This document shows positions 37,801 through 47,903 of a DNA stretch of 64,000 bases, piece after piece; the stretch's first letter is position 1; each line of letters starts with the position of its first letter. The notes below the pieces were generated by a model. That model was not told the origin of the DNA, searched no databases, and worked only from the letters and a program-made list of their open reading frames with translations. Source of the stretch: Klebsormidium nitens (lineage: Eukaryota; Plantae; Klebsormidiophyceae); NCBI GenBank assembly GCA_000708835.1, contig DF237313.1:1-64000 (forward strand), read 5' to 3'. The translations under genes and the position numbers were made by a program.

Positions 37801-40800
37801 CACAAGCGGGACCACGACAGCCTGACACGTGTCCAAAAAGCGGCGGGCAAGGGGGAAGAGGAGAGGGCGGCTCTCGGAGTGCAGTTGGACGAGGCCAAGC
37901 GGAAGAGCGAGAGCGATGAGAGGAGGTTGAAGGAACTAGAGGGGGAGCTGGAGAAGTTGCAACTAGAGGTGGGGGAGAAGAGGGAGGAGGTGGCGAGGCT
38001 GGAAGAGCGGCTCGCCGAGGTGAGGAGAGACGTGGTTTTCTGTAGTTTCATTTTCGGCAATGGGTCGAAACCGTTGGCCAAGCATCTGTTGCTTGATTTG
38101 GAATTGATGAGCCAGTGACTGTGTGGACGTCGCTTTCCACGAAAAGAAATTACATGCTTTTCAACCGACGGCGGTCACGTGTTTTCTAACCCGAGACCCA
38201 TTCAAATTGTGTGGAAAGGTCGTAAGGCAGAGACGGAACGGGGATATAAGTTGGGGTTGACCAGCCCGTAAATCAACCTAGTCATGGTTCCGGTCAAGAG
38301 GCCGAAGAAGGAGATTCTCCTGATCGATACGTTAAGAGCCAATCTAGTACATCAAGAGGTTCTCGACGACTTCCAATGATCTGGACACAAGTTGGTTTCT
38401 TGCGGGCTCACAAGGCAAAGAAATAGTGTACATGTTGTGACGGACGAACTTATCTACGGGTACTCACCTAACAGTCAAGCGTGCAATTCCTAGCAATGTT
38501 AACAGCGTCAACCCTTCGACTCTTCTCCTATCAACTTCTTTAGTTGCAGCATCTCAATGTAATTATGAGTTTGTACTGCTAAGAAATTTCACTATTGTCG
38601 TGTCAACGGGAGGGCAGGTAGGGGTACCGAAGCATTGAATTAGCAATTTAACAAGCTTATGTGCGTGTCTCTTCTCCGCAGTTGGAAGAGAGCGCGGCGG
38701 CCGCCGAGGAAGCCGCCAGCGAACACGTGGCGTCTCTGGAGGGCAGTCTTGCCGCGGCCGCCCGGGAGCGGAGCAGCCTGCTCGCGCAGTTGGCGTGTGC
38801 GCAGCGTCAGGTGGAGGAGAAGGAACTAGTGGAGCGGGAAGCGCGGCAAATGGCGGAGAGCACCAAGGAGTATTTGGAGGAGCAGGAAGCAGAGGTGGGC
38901 ATTGACCAAACCTCTTGATGCTCTTTCTTTTCATATCAACCAATCAATAAACGGATCGGTAATTTGCAAATTTCCTTTCGATCCGTTCGGGATGGACGTA
39001 CACGCGTACACGTGTTGCTTGGTGGATTGGCTCAAGATTGATATTCGCTCCTGCTGAGTGAGAGACCGATTGCAATCAACATGCTTCACAGCTTTATCGT
39101 TCTTGGGAGAATGTTTTTTTCAACCTAACAACCCCTGGCGTTGAGCCATGTCTACATAACCTTTCAAAGCACGACTCGGAGAAATTTTCGCTGCCACAGA
39201 CTTTCTTTTGCTGCCTCGTTGAGCTCTCTTGCAAGGGGGCAAAATGCCAAGCGGAGGATCTCTGTTACAGATGGACAGAAATTCTGAAATCCATTGAATG
39301 CGGGTTTTGATGCTATCCCCTCTTGCAGACGGAGGAGCTGAAAGCGAAGCTCGCCGAGACGGAGCGTCACGCCGCGAGCCTCCAGTCCCAGATCGCCCAC
39401 GCGCTCGAGCAGGCCGAGCAGCAGAAAAGCGCGCGCGCCGAAGCGGAGCGCGCGCTCGCGCGCGCCCGCGCGCAGCTGGCGAGCGTGCGCGAGGTCGCGG
39501 AGGGGAAAGGCAGCGAGATCGCGACCGTTCTGCGCGAGCTGGGCGAGGTGCGCGCGAAGCTGAGCAAGCTGGAGAGCGCGCACGACGGGAAGGAGCGCGA
39601 GCTCGCGCGCGCGCGCGAGGCGGGCGAGCGGCTGAAGGCGGCGCTGGAGGCGAAGGAGAGGGAGCTGGCGGGGATGCGCGCGCGCGCGGTGGGCGCGGCG
39701 AGGGAGGCGGAGCACCAGCAGATCGTGCAGGGTTTGGGCGCGAGCATCAAACGACTGCAGGGGCAGGTCAGGGACGACACTGTGAGCCGGTCTGGGCGGG
39801 GGCGAAAGTTCTGGAGGCTTTCCGAATATGTTGTTGAGTGGATGTCCTCTGTGAAAATCAAGAGAAGGGGTCTTGCAACGAGTTCAACGTTGCTCGCTAT
39901 CCCTCACCGCAGCACAAGAGCTTGCACAGTTCAGGTTGATTTGAGAATTTGACATTCCTCTTAGTTAAGCAAGTGAGGTTCTGGATCGTTCAATACTGCC
40001 GTGCTTAAGGTACTCACTAGCAAAATGCATGGTGTCGTCTTATTAAGGACTGTCTGTCTTCATTATTTGAAATCTTATGTCCCTTTGATATTTTAGGTCG
40101 CCGAGATTGCTTCCCCGACTCGCCGCACACCCGCTCCCGCCGCCACACCCGGCGCACTCTCCCACCGTCGTTCCGCTGCACCCGCAGCCGAATCCGGCTC
40201 GCCAAACGGAAGTCCGTCCAGGGAGGCCGACGGAATCGCCTCCAAGTTGAACGGCTCACCCGCGATCAAGGGCGCTGTCCGGAGTCTGGAGGAGCAGTTG
40301 CGGATCCAACGGAACAGGGTGGCGGAACTGGAGCAACTGGCGGACAGCAGAGAAAAGCAGGTCAGCAGTCGAAAACCTGAGTTACGGGCTTGAGGGTTTG
40401 TGAGTAGCGCGCCGAGATACAATAAGTCCGCAAGTAAGGGCAAGTCAGCCCGTTGCCCGTGGAGATACTTCTGTGATAATCTGAAACGAGCACAAGAGTC
40501 TCTTTGTATTCAAGCTTTTTAGGAAGCAAGTGAGATGTTGGGACCAAAAAAAATGGCGGAGCTTCCTTGCGCACCCGTCTGCATGAGGACGTCTTTTTCG
40601 GTGCAGCCGAAAAAGGACCCAAATCAAGTCACCGTTAAGGACCCTTTCCTTTCCGCGAAGAGCCTCCCGTTCGGTCCTGCCTTCATACGTCCAATGTTAA
40701 GAATCTTCGAAGCTGAGAGCGGAAGCAGAACTCCTAGCAAAGGCATATGCCCAAGCTTTCTTCAACCCGTTTGCAGCTGTTCGCTCTGAACGTCCTTTCG

Positions 40801-43800
40801 GTGGATCTGTTGCAAGTTTGAGCCACTGTTAGGGACCTCCTCATTTTGATGGATCTAAACCTCCTCTAGACCCTCCCTTCCGTCCTTTCTTCGAAGCGAT
40901 GCACGAAAGCAGAAGTCCTAGTAGAAGTGTATTTCTAAGCCCCCTCCTCCGCTTGTTTGCAGCTCTTCGCCCTGAACGCGCGCCTCGCGGCCGCGGAGGG
41001 CCGCACGCACGACATGGTGCGCGACATGGTCGGCCTCAAGATCACGCACGCATCCCAAACCCCGCCGCGGCCCCAAACCTCGCCGAATCCCGTCGTGACG
41101 CCCACCGAGGCCGCGTCGCTCTCGTCGTCGCGCCAGAGCGGCCGCGCGTCCCTGGCTGGGGGGATCCCCCGGGTGCTCTTCGGGCCGGGTTCCACGCGGA
41201 ACAGTCTGCCCGGGGGGCCGGCCCAGGCGCTGAGGGCCAAGGAACACGAGCTACAGGAGCTGCGGCGGCAGATGGATGCCTTCCTGGCGGAGCGAGAAGA
41301 GTGAGGGGGCGAAAGTTTCTGATGACTGGATCGAACCGATTGCAAAAGATCTCAACCAGTTGAAGCACTTTGCGAGAGTTGTAGCGCTGTAAACGTATGA
41401 GCTCGTCTGCGAAATCTGTTGAATGTGCCCTTGCCCTCTTCAACTCTTGACCTTCAAAATGGATAAAGGAGACCAAAGTGACGGAATTCTGCTCTCTTCC
41501 AAAGGCCCATAGCTTCGAGTGCGACCATCCTATCAACCCTCGACTCAACTTTCTTCGATGAAGCCGAGAAGACGAGTGAAGGCCGATCTCCCCTCTCCTT
41601 GAGAATTCGGTAAGCTTAAGCTTCCATTCCTCAGTACTTCAATTCTTCGCTTGCCAGGTGGCTCGAGGAAATGAACCGGCGGCAGGCCGAGGCCCTGGCC
41701 GCGCGCGTCGCGACCGAGAAACTAAAGCGCAGCCACGAGGCGATGAGTGGCGAGAACGAGCAGCTGAGGGAGCGCAACGGGGGGCTGACGAAGAAGGTGA
41801 CGTCACTCGAGGCGGAGGTGAAGAAGCTGTCGGGGCAGCAGAACCTGAGCCAGAGGATACACCACCACGCCAAAATCAAGGTGGGCCCCGCTCCCCCGGA
41901 TTAGGGGCCGGGCGCTGTTGGCCAGCTACAGTGACACGGGCCTTGAAAACGATTTGTTTTCACCTTCAGGTTCTTCTGTCAGAGAACGATCGAAGGGCCT
42001 TAAACCACACACGGGTCAATTCCTCCATTCTTCTGTTGAACTAAACCGCTTGTATCAGGCCTTGATATAAGCAGATTTTGGGCCATCTATTTTCTGGATG
42101 ATAACAGGGGGCATGAAAGTAGGTACCGTAACCTTAGGTATGTAAGGTGCCGGAAGCAACGGTGAGGGTTGGGAGATGCGAAGCGGTAGAGTTGTTTCAG
42201 ATATCGCTTCCCGGGTTTCTGCGGTGCAAACCACATTTCACACGCTTTTTAGCAGTCAAATCAGGAATACGACGAGGTTAAAGGGGCTCAACTTTTCTCT
42301 CCCGCTGACGTCACCCCTGCCACGTGGCGCAGGAGGAGAACGTGCTGCTGCGGCAGAAGGTGGAGGCCCTCGAGGCGCGCGCGCGCAAGGACGCGTACCA
42401 CCACCAGCGGCTCGCCGAGGAGGTGGCGCGCTTCCGCTCCGAGCGCGGCCTTCCGCCGGACATCAACGTGGACGAGGAGCGGAGACTGCGCAAGAAGCTG
42501 GAGGTGAGGGCGACACCGAGGCTTGGGAGCTGCGGGCATGGTCGCTGAGAAGGAATGGCTGCCACTTTGAGCGTGTATTTGAAGAGTCATTTGGGAGAGT
42601 CGCGAGTGGTCCGAGGTGCGAGGCTCTCGCTGACTGCGCAACGTTCAGAGGCGGAGCAGAAGGAGGAATGGTGCAATTTTTCGCAGACCATCCGAGATGA
42701 TAAGGGCTCTGCTTATACTTCGAACGTGTCGCTCACCGATACAAAGTGGGCCTGCGGGTCACAGTCTACAAAGCCGTTTACAGCATCTCGAACTTCTGAG
42801 TGGACAATGGTTTTTGCCCTCAAAATTTTCCCTGACACCAACCCTCTGACCCAGTTGCGCTCAGGAATGAGAGCCATCCGCCGGCCGCCCAGCAGGACTC
42901 TTTAGAAGCTTTTTTTTCGCCGTAAGAGACCTTCAGTTGTCTCCGCTCGTCTCTTCACCCTTGTCCCAAGCCGTACTTATTCCGGTTTCTCAGGAGGAGA
43001 CCCTCCAGCAGATCTTTCTCATTGTGTTCCGCGCAGTTAGAAATCTCAACTAAGTTTGAACCTCTCGTAACCCTTGTTTAACCTTGAGCCTTAACCCGGT
43101 CTTGCAGGAAGCTCAAGAAGAGACCCTCCAGCTGGCGGCCCAGCTGGCGGAGCTTTGCAAGAGCGTTTCCCGGGCGGCCGTCGGCATGCCCGTCGGCGCA
43201 GACGTGCCCAGCGCAAAGGCTGCCATGGACGCGGTCAACCGGCTGGTGGCACGTGCCGAGGCGTCCGAACGGGAGCTCGCGGACCTCAAGCTCAAGGTAC
43301 GTACCGGGGTCCGAATCTGCTTACTTCTCTCGAAGTGGGTGTTTGATTCCTGTTTGTGCTGTTGTTAGGGCAGAGATTTTCTGGCTAAGTCTCGAACTCA
43401 GGGTTCGTATGTTGGTCCAAAATCCGGTTTGCGTCCCATCCCTCAACATCTGTAATCAATTGTTTGTTTTTGTCTGACTTCTTAGGGCAGGCTTTCTGTG
43501 GCAACAATTGTGATTGATTCCTTGTTTTGTGTAATGTCTTAGGGCAGAGTATCTGTGCAAAAGAGTGTGTGGCGAGGCGCCCGGAAGGGGGCTAGCGGAC
43601 CTTAAGGTGTAGGCCTGTAGGACCTTCCAGGACTTTTAGTAGCATGGAATTCGTGCCTGCTCTTTCTTTGCTTTGGAGCATTGGGTGACTTTCGTCGCTG
43701 CCCAAATGGCGCTGTCTCGTCCTTGTCAGCCTCTCCGCCTTACTGTGTTGTCAGGTCAGGAGCGTTTGTGATGTGTTTTCTTGCTTTCCGACGCGGCTGC

Positions 43801-44262
43801 GGGACGATGGTGAATTGCTCTCCTTGAGGAAACATGAAGCAAGCGGCCCGAATTGTGATAAAGGCATGAATTTCACATTTCGTTCGAAGCTACTGTTTAC
43901 TTTCTTGGTAACAAGCGTGGTCAAGAGAGTGGCCGACTGGACTGGCTCCTTTTGTCCTCTTTCGCCAAATCATTGAAGGGCTTGGATACTATCGAGTGGA
44001 TAAAGAGTTCGGAGTCAGGTAAGGGGATCGTACTTCAAGATTTTGGATATGCTAGGGACATCAGTATGAACACAGCAAACATCTGGTCCGAGACATTGGA
44101 CCCGCCGTTAGCTGCAACGATTGAATCGCTTTTCTCTCTTTCTTGCAGGCTAGGATCACGACGGAGAAGAGGCGAATTGACGAGCTCCGGACAATCACGA
44201 CCCCTCAAAGGAGCGCGGTCTTTGCGCCATCGCCCGATCGATCCCCAAGAACACTCCGTTAG
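19885..44262 (+). CDS. POK: Kinesin-12 of the POK1/POK2 (phragmoplast-orienting kinesin) type; N-terminal extension, motor domain and very long coiled coil; many exons
   Basis: Motor motifs [56 protein letters not shown] and DSLGGNAKT. Kinesin-12 stalk motif [17 protein letters not shown]-type C-terminus [21 protein letters not shown] and [18 protein letters not shown]. Stop TAG at 44260-44262. Confidence 0.93.
24091..24395. repeat. Intronic minisatellite, ~3 copies of a 105-108 bp unit
   Basis: The anchor CCTTCCGTCGAAGCTTGTCTTGG recurs at 24108, 24216 and 24321. Confidence 0.9.
29983..30069. repeat. Intronic tandem repeat, 3 x 29 bp
   Basis: TTATGCGGGTGTTCTCAAATCATGCAACT at 29983, 30012 and 30041, near-identical. 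Confidence 0.95.
34889..35215 (+). repeat. Decayed tandem triplication of a kinesin exon end plus 5' splice site (units of 132 and 145 bp)
   Basis: The exon end AAGCAGGCCGGGGAGCGCATCATGCAGTCGCTCGAGCAGAG|GT is echoed at 35021-35063 and 35166-35208. Confidence 0.88.
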
Positions 44263-45673
44263 GAAATTAGACAGTTTGCTAGAAAACCGACTTAAAAGCT
44301 GACAAGAAGGTCGATAGAAAAGGAAAAGTTGCCAGTAACGTCGTTTTCCAATCCGTCAAGTGGAGTAAGGGGCAGCTTGACAGCTGTTACTGTTGTTCGT
44401 TTCTGCACACAGTTTTCGTGTGCGTGCAAGTGTCGTGCTTTGATGGGCACTCTGTTGACCACACAAGCTGCTCAAGCTTCTTGAAACGAAGGTTATCCTC
44501 GCGCGTGTCTCCCTGAGCGAAGGCTATAGACATAGACTTGATGCACCCGCGCCGTGCAATGTGTCACGCCCCACGCACGCGTCACTGCGAGTGGGTTATG
44601 CACACCTGATGCTTGTCATGTTTTCAAAGACATTGAGTACGAGGGACTGGAGTGCAATCAAGTCAACGACAATCGCTAGATCTGCGTCGGCACGGCATGC
44701 ACACCTACAGCAACCTATAATCACATGAAGGCCGTAATAGATGAGAGTGTAAGCCTCGTGTATACACACTGACTAATACGGTTATATAGACTCTTGAAAG
44801 ACGATCTGCTGATTTGAAGCGCTTGCACGTCCATAGCGCCAGCCTGCTAGGAAGATTCTGCAAGAAAGCTTTGTCGATACGATCGTAGGGGCCAGTCAAA
44901 GTGCAGCAAATGCGTTCAAATTACCAGTGCAAGTCAATCGGCGGACATGCTTATATTGAGGCCGGAACGGGCTGGCAAGCTAGTGCGTCTGCTAACACCA
45001 GAAGCAATGCACGCAGCTTCAGGCTTTCAGCATTTTTTGCTTGATTCAATCCATCGACTCTGACCGACACTTGGGCTGCATATGTCTCGCTTTGCTTTCC
45101 GTATGGGCCCGAGCGAAAGAAGCTTGAACTTTTGGAAGGCAGCTCGAGTGGATGAAGCTGCACGTGCCCTTAGTTGCTACATCTGCTCATGTTAGAATGT
45201 GTAAAAGCATCTGCGGAAGAGTCGCTTCTCCTGAAACGAGTGGCGGTAATGAAGATATTGACAATCGAGCGCAGATATCGCGGCCTCGATCTCAGCCGCA
45301 TGCTCTACCGTGTTTTAAGGTTGGAAGTTCCGACCACTTTTTGAACAAACACAGTCCTCACTGTCGGCGTAGAGCATTCTGTTCTCCCGTATAAGAGCTA
45401 CACGCACCTTGCCGAGCAACACGTTAGCAAATTGCTTCTTTCGAGACTGCAGATCTAATGGCTTTACTGCTCCTATTATACATGTTGCAAGAAGTTTTGA
45501 ACACTTCAATACATTGAGCGAAATAATCCGACCTTGTCTGAGGTTCAGGCAGGACCTACCATGAACCCAATTCTACAGCCCGCTTCCTCCAAAACCATCT
45601 GGAGCAATCTGGAGTTGCCTGATTATTATATTCTTTTGTAAGTGGCCGATATAATGCGCTTCGAGAATATAAT

Positions 45674-45748
45674 GTATCCACGACACGAAGGCTAAGCGCC
45701 TGGCCCCAAACCAAACAAACAAGGGTTCGAGTCATGGGGAGGACTCCA
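45674..45748 (+). pseudogene. Degenerate tRNA-like sequence (tRNA pseudogene or tRNA-derived SINE head)
   Basis: A 75 nt stretch with GGCTAAGCGCC (D-arm/A-box-like), a TGG-CCCCAAA-CCA anticodon-like hairpin and GGTTCGAGTC (B-box), followed by T5 and T7 runs. The acceptor and T stems pair poorly. Confidence 0.3.
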
Positions 45749-46266
45749 CCCTTTTTGCCACCTTTTTTTGCCTAGGCTTTTCGGTCCCATGCACTCGATA
45801 GGCACATGGCATTCAAGCATTCAACTCTCCATTTCGATCGGGTCGCGTGTCATATAAGAGAGGGTTTCAGATTTCAGTAGAACCTACAAGGTATATGACG
45901 TCAGAATCATCATATTTTCATCATATACTACTCCGCGCTTATAATGACCGCTCCGTTAAAATGCAAAAATGGACTAATTGGCTGCTGGGGATACTAATTA
46001 GTTGCTTGCAAAGCTTTTGTGCAATGCTTGTAAGGGTGCGAACTTCGTCCGGTAGTATTGCGGTTGATGGTACGGTGTTCAGAGGCATTGAGGCACTTTT
46101 AAAAATTCTCTCATTAAGCTGCCAAAGCAAGCCAGACTGACGGGGTAACTCGATGGCTGAACAACACATCAGACTTGTTTCATGCAAAAGGGTATATCCA
46201 CATGGGACGAAAATGGAATGATCTTAAAATTCTGAAGAGGATAGTTGGTTTAAATGAGTGTTTATG

Positions 46267-46617
46267 GGAAGACGGCAGAGGAGTGGTTCCTAAGCCTCTG
46301 GGGCGTTGCCCCGGCCAGAGAGAGCTCCCGAAGGAGCCCCCCCTGCCAGACGGAGGCCCTCGGCCTCAACGTCGGGGGATCACCCCCAGCGAGCAGACAC
46401 CCCCCGGGAGGGGCTCACGGCGGAAGGGTAGAAAATTCTACGCGACTTCTTGCTATCTGATGCGACACGCCAGCATCCGTCGAGCTTTATACGGTTGCAA
46501 GAAACGAAGCTTTTGTGGGCTACATGGACCCGGTAACGTCACCTGCCGTCCAATCTGTCAAGTGGCAGGATCGGACGGCAACGAAGAGGTTTCCCTCGAC
46601 ACACGACCGCTGTCCGC
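46267..46617 (+). repeat. Unidentified structured dispersed element, copy 1 (158 bp conserved hairpin core at 46267-46424 plus a diverged tail)
   Basis: The core is 155/158 identical to 56213-56370. The tail aligns with 56371-56560 and with the reverse complement of 52425-52548. Strand is arbitrary. Confidence 0.92.
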
Positions 46618-47903
46618 GGTAGATCGACGCTGCGAATTAGCACGATCCGAGCAACTTCATGGAGGCCGAAGGCAAAACAAGGCTACAACAAGGGTTTCCT
46701 TTTGCTATACAAGACTGCAGAGTAGGATTCCTTACGAGAATGATGAGACATCTAACATAGAATTAGACGAGACCTGTAGTGTGAGACCTGACCGTTCCGG
46801 CTTGAGTAATTTTTGTGGCGTAGTTGAGTGGATGCTAAAGCATCGCAGAAGCAACGTGGTAAAAGTACGTTTCTCTACTGAAATCGAGTTACTGCCCGGC
46901 ATGCGACCATAAACTGAATTCCTTACTTGAGCAACGTCGTGGCACCACGAGAGTTGCAAATGTGCTCATTGTTTCATTGAGTTGCCAACAAGAATTACCA
47001 GACGGTGGAAGTTTCAAAGCACAAGGCTACTTTAGTCACTCTCAAAATCAACGCTCTCTCACCATTTTTAGTACTGCAGTAGGCTCAATTGAAGCAGTTT
47101 AAAGAGCGCAGAAAACCAGAGCAAGGAAATCTACGAAATTAACCTCTTAAGATCCACGTCAAAGTAGCCCTGCTGGGCTATTGTCATGCCATCGTTCAGC
47201 AGCTCAACCATCATGTTGAAGTGGTACGGATTGGCGCGTTGAAGACTACAATGAAGTGGATCTCGCCCCCAGTCTTCAAAGTTGGCCTGCCAGGCAACAT
47301 GAGAACAAGCTTCAGCACAAGCATTCTTGAAAGCACGCTTCTATCATTTTTAAAGTCGTCGTGAAGGCGGACCCCAGCTTGTGCACTTCGAACCTCGCGG
47401 GAGCTGATCACAAAGATGATCATAACGGTAATCATTGTGTGCGCGTGACATACGAGCAATACATGCCATGACAAAACCCATTACGGGAAGCTTTGTACGC
47501 TTCAACGCTCTATGTTAGATCGAACACCGTTGGCAGCGTGGCTCGGCTGAGATTTTCGAACAATTGATGATCTATTTCTACATCGTTTTGGTTGTTCTTC
47601 ATGAGGCCACGTCTAGCATTGAAGTGCATCGAGTCGGAAGCACTCTGAATCACTGCCAATGCTTTGCTAGGGCATCGATGTTGTTCTGCTTTCAAGTGGA
47701 GAGCAAAGTGTACTTTGACCACCATTTCGACTGCCAAGCGGGGCCGGGTGACAACAGATGGGAATCGGTCGATTCTTCACCTGCCCAAGAAAACCCGAGC
47801 TCATTCTTAACCCTTGCACGATCAACTGATAGGAAGTAACTCAACGAGAGTTTCAAGGAAACTGAGTGCTCTTAAGTGTCCGACTTCCACCAGCCTGAAA
47901 CTC

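Noticed and set aside
31601-39861. Many 100-200 aa antisense and alternative-frame ORFs overlapping kinesin coiled-coil exons
   Set aside because: They are shadow ORFs of very GC-rich coding sequence.
46267-46424. Known ribozyme identity (hammerhead, HDV-like, twister, pistol) or tRNA-SINE for the hairpin core
   Set aside because: There is no CUGANGA/GAAA pair. The GGUUCCUAAGCC loop recalls twister L4, but the UAA cleavage segment and P2/T1 partners are missing. HDV P1-P4 nesting could not be built, the pistol pseudoknot partner is absent, and there is no B-box. A covariance-model search is still needed.
46175-46912. 245 aa ORF spanning element copy 1
   Set aside because: It has no recognisable domain, and the frame is not kept in copy 2 or copy 3. 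It is open because of GC-rich hairpin sequence.
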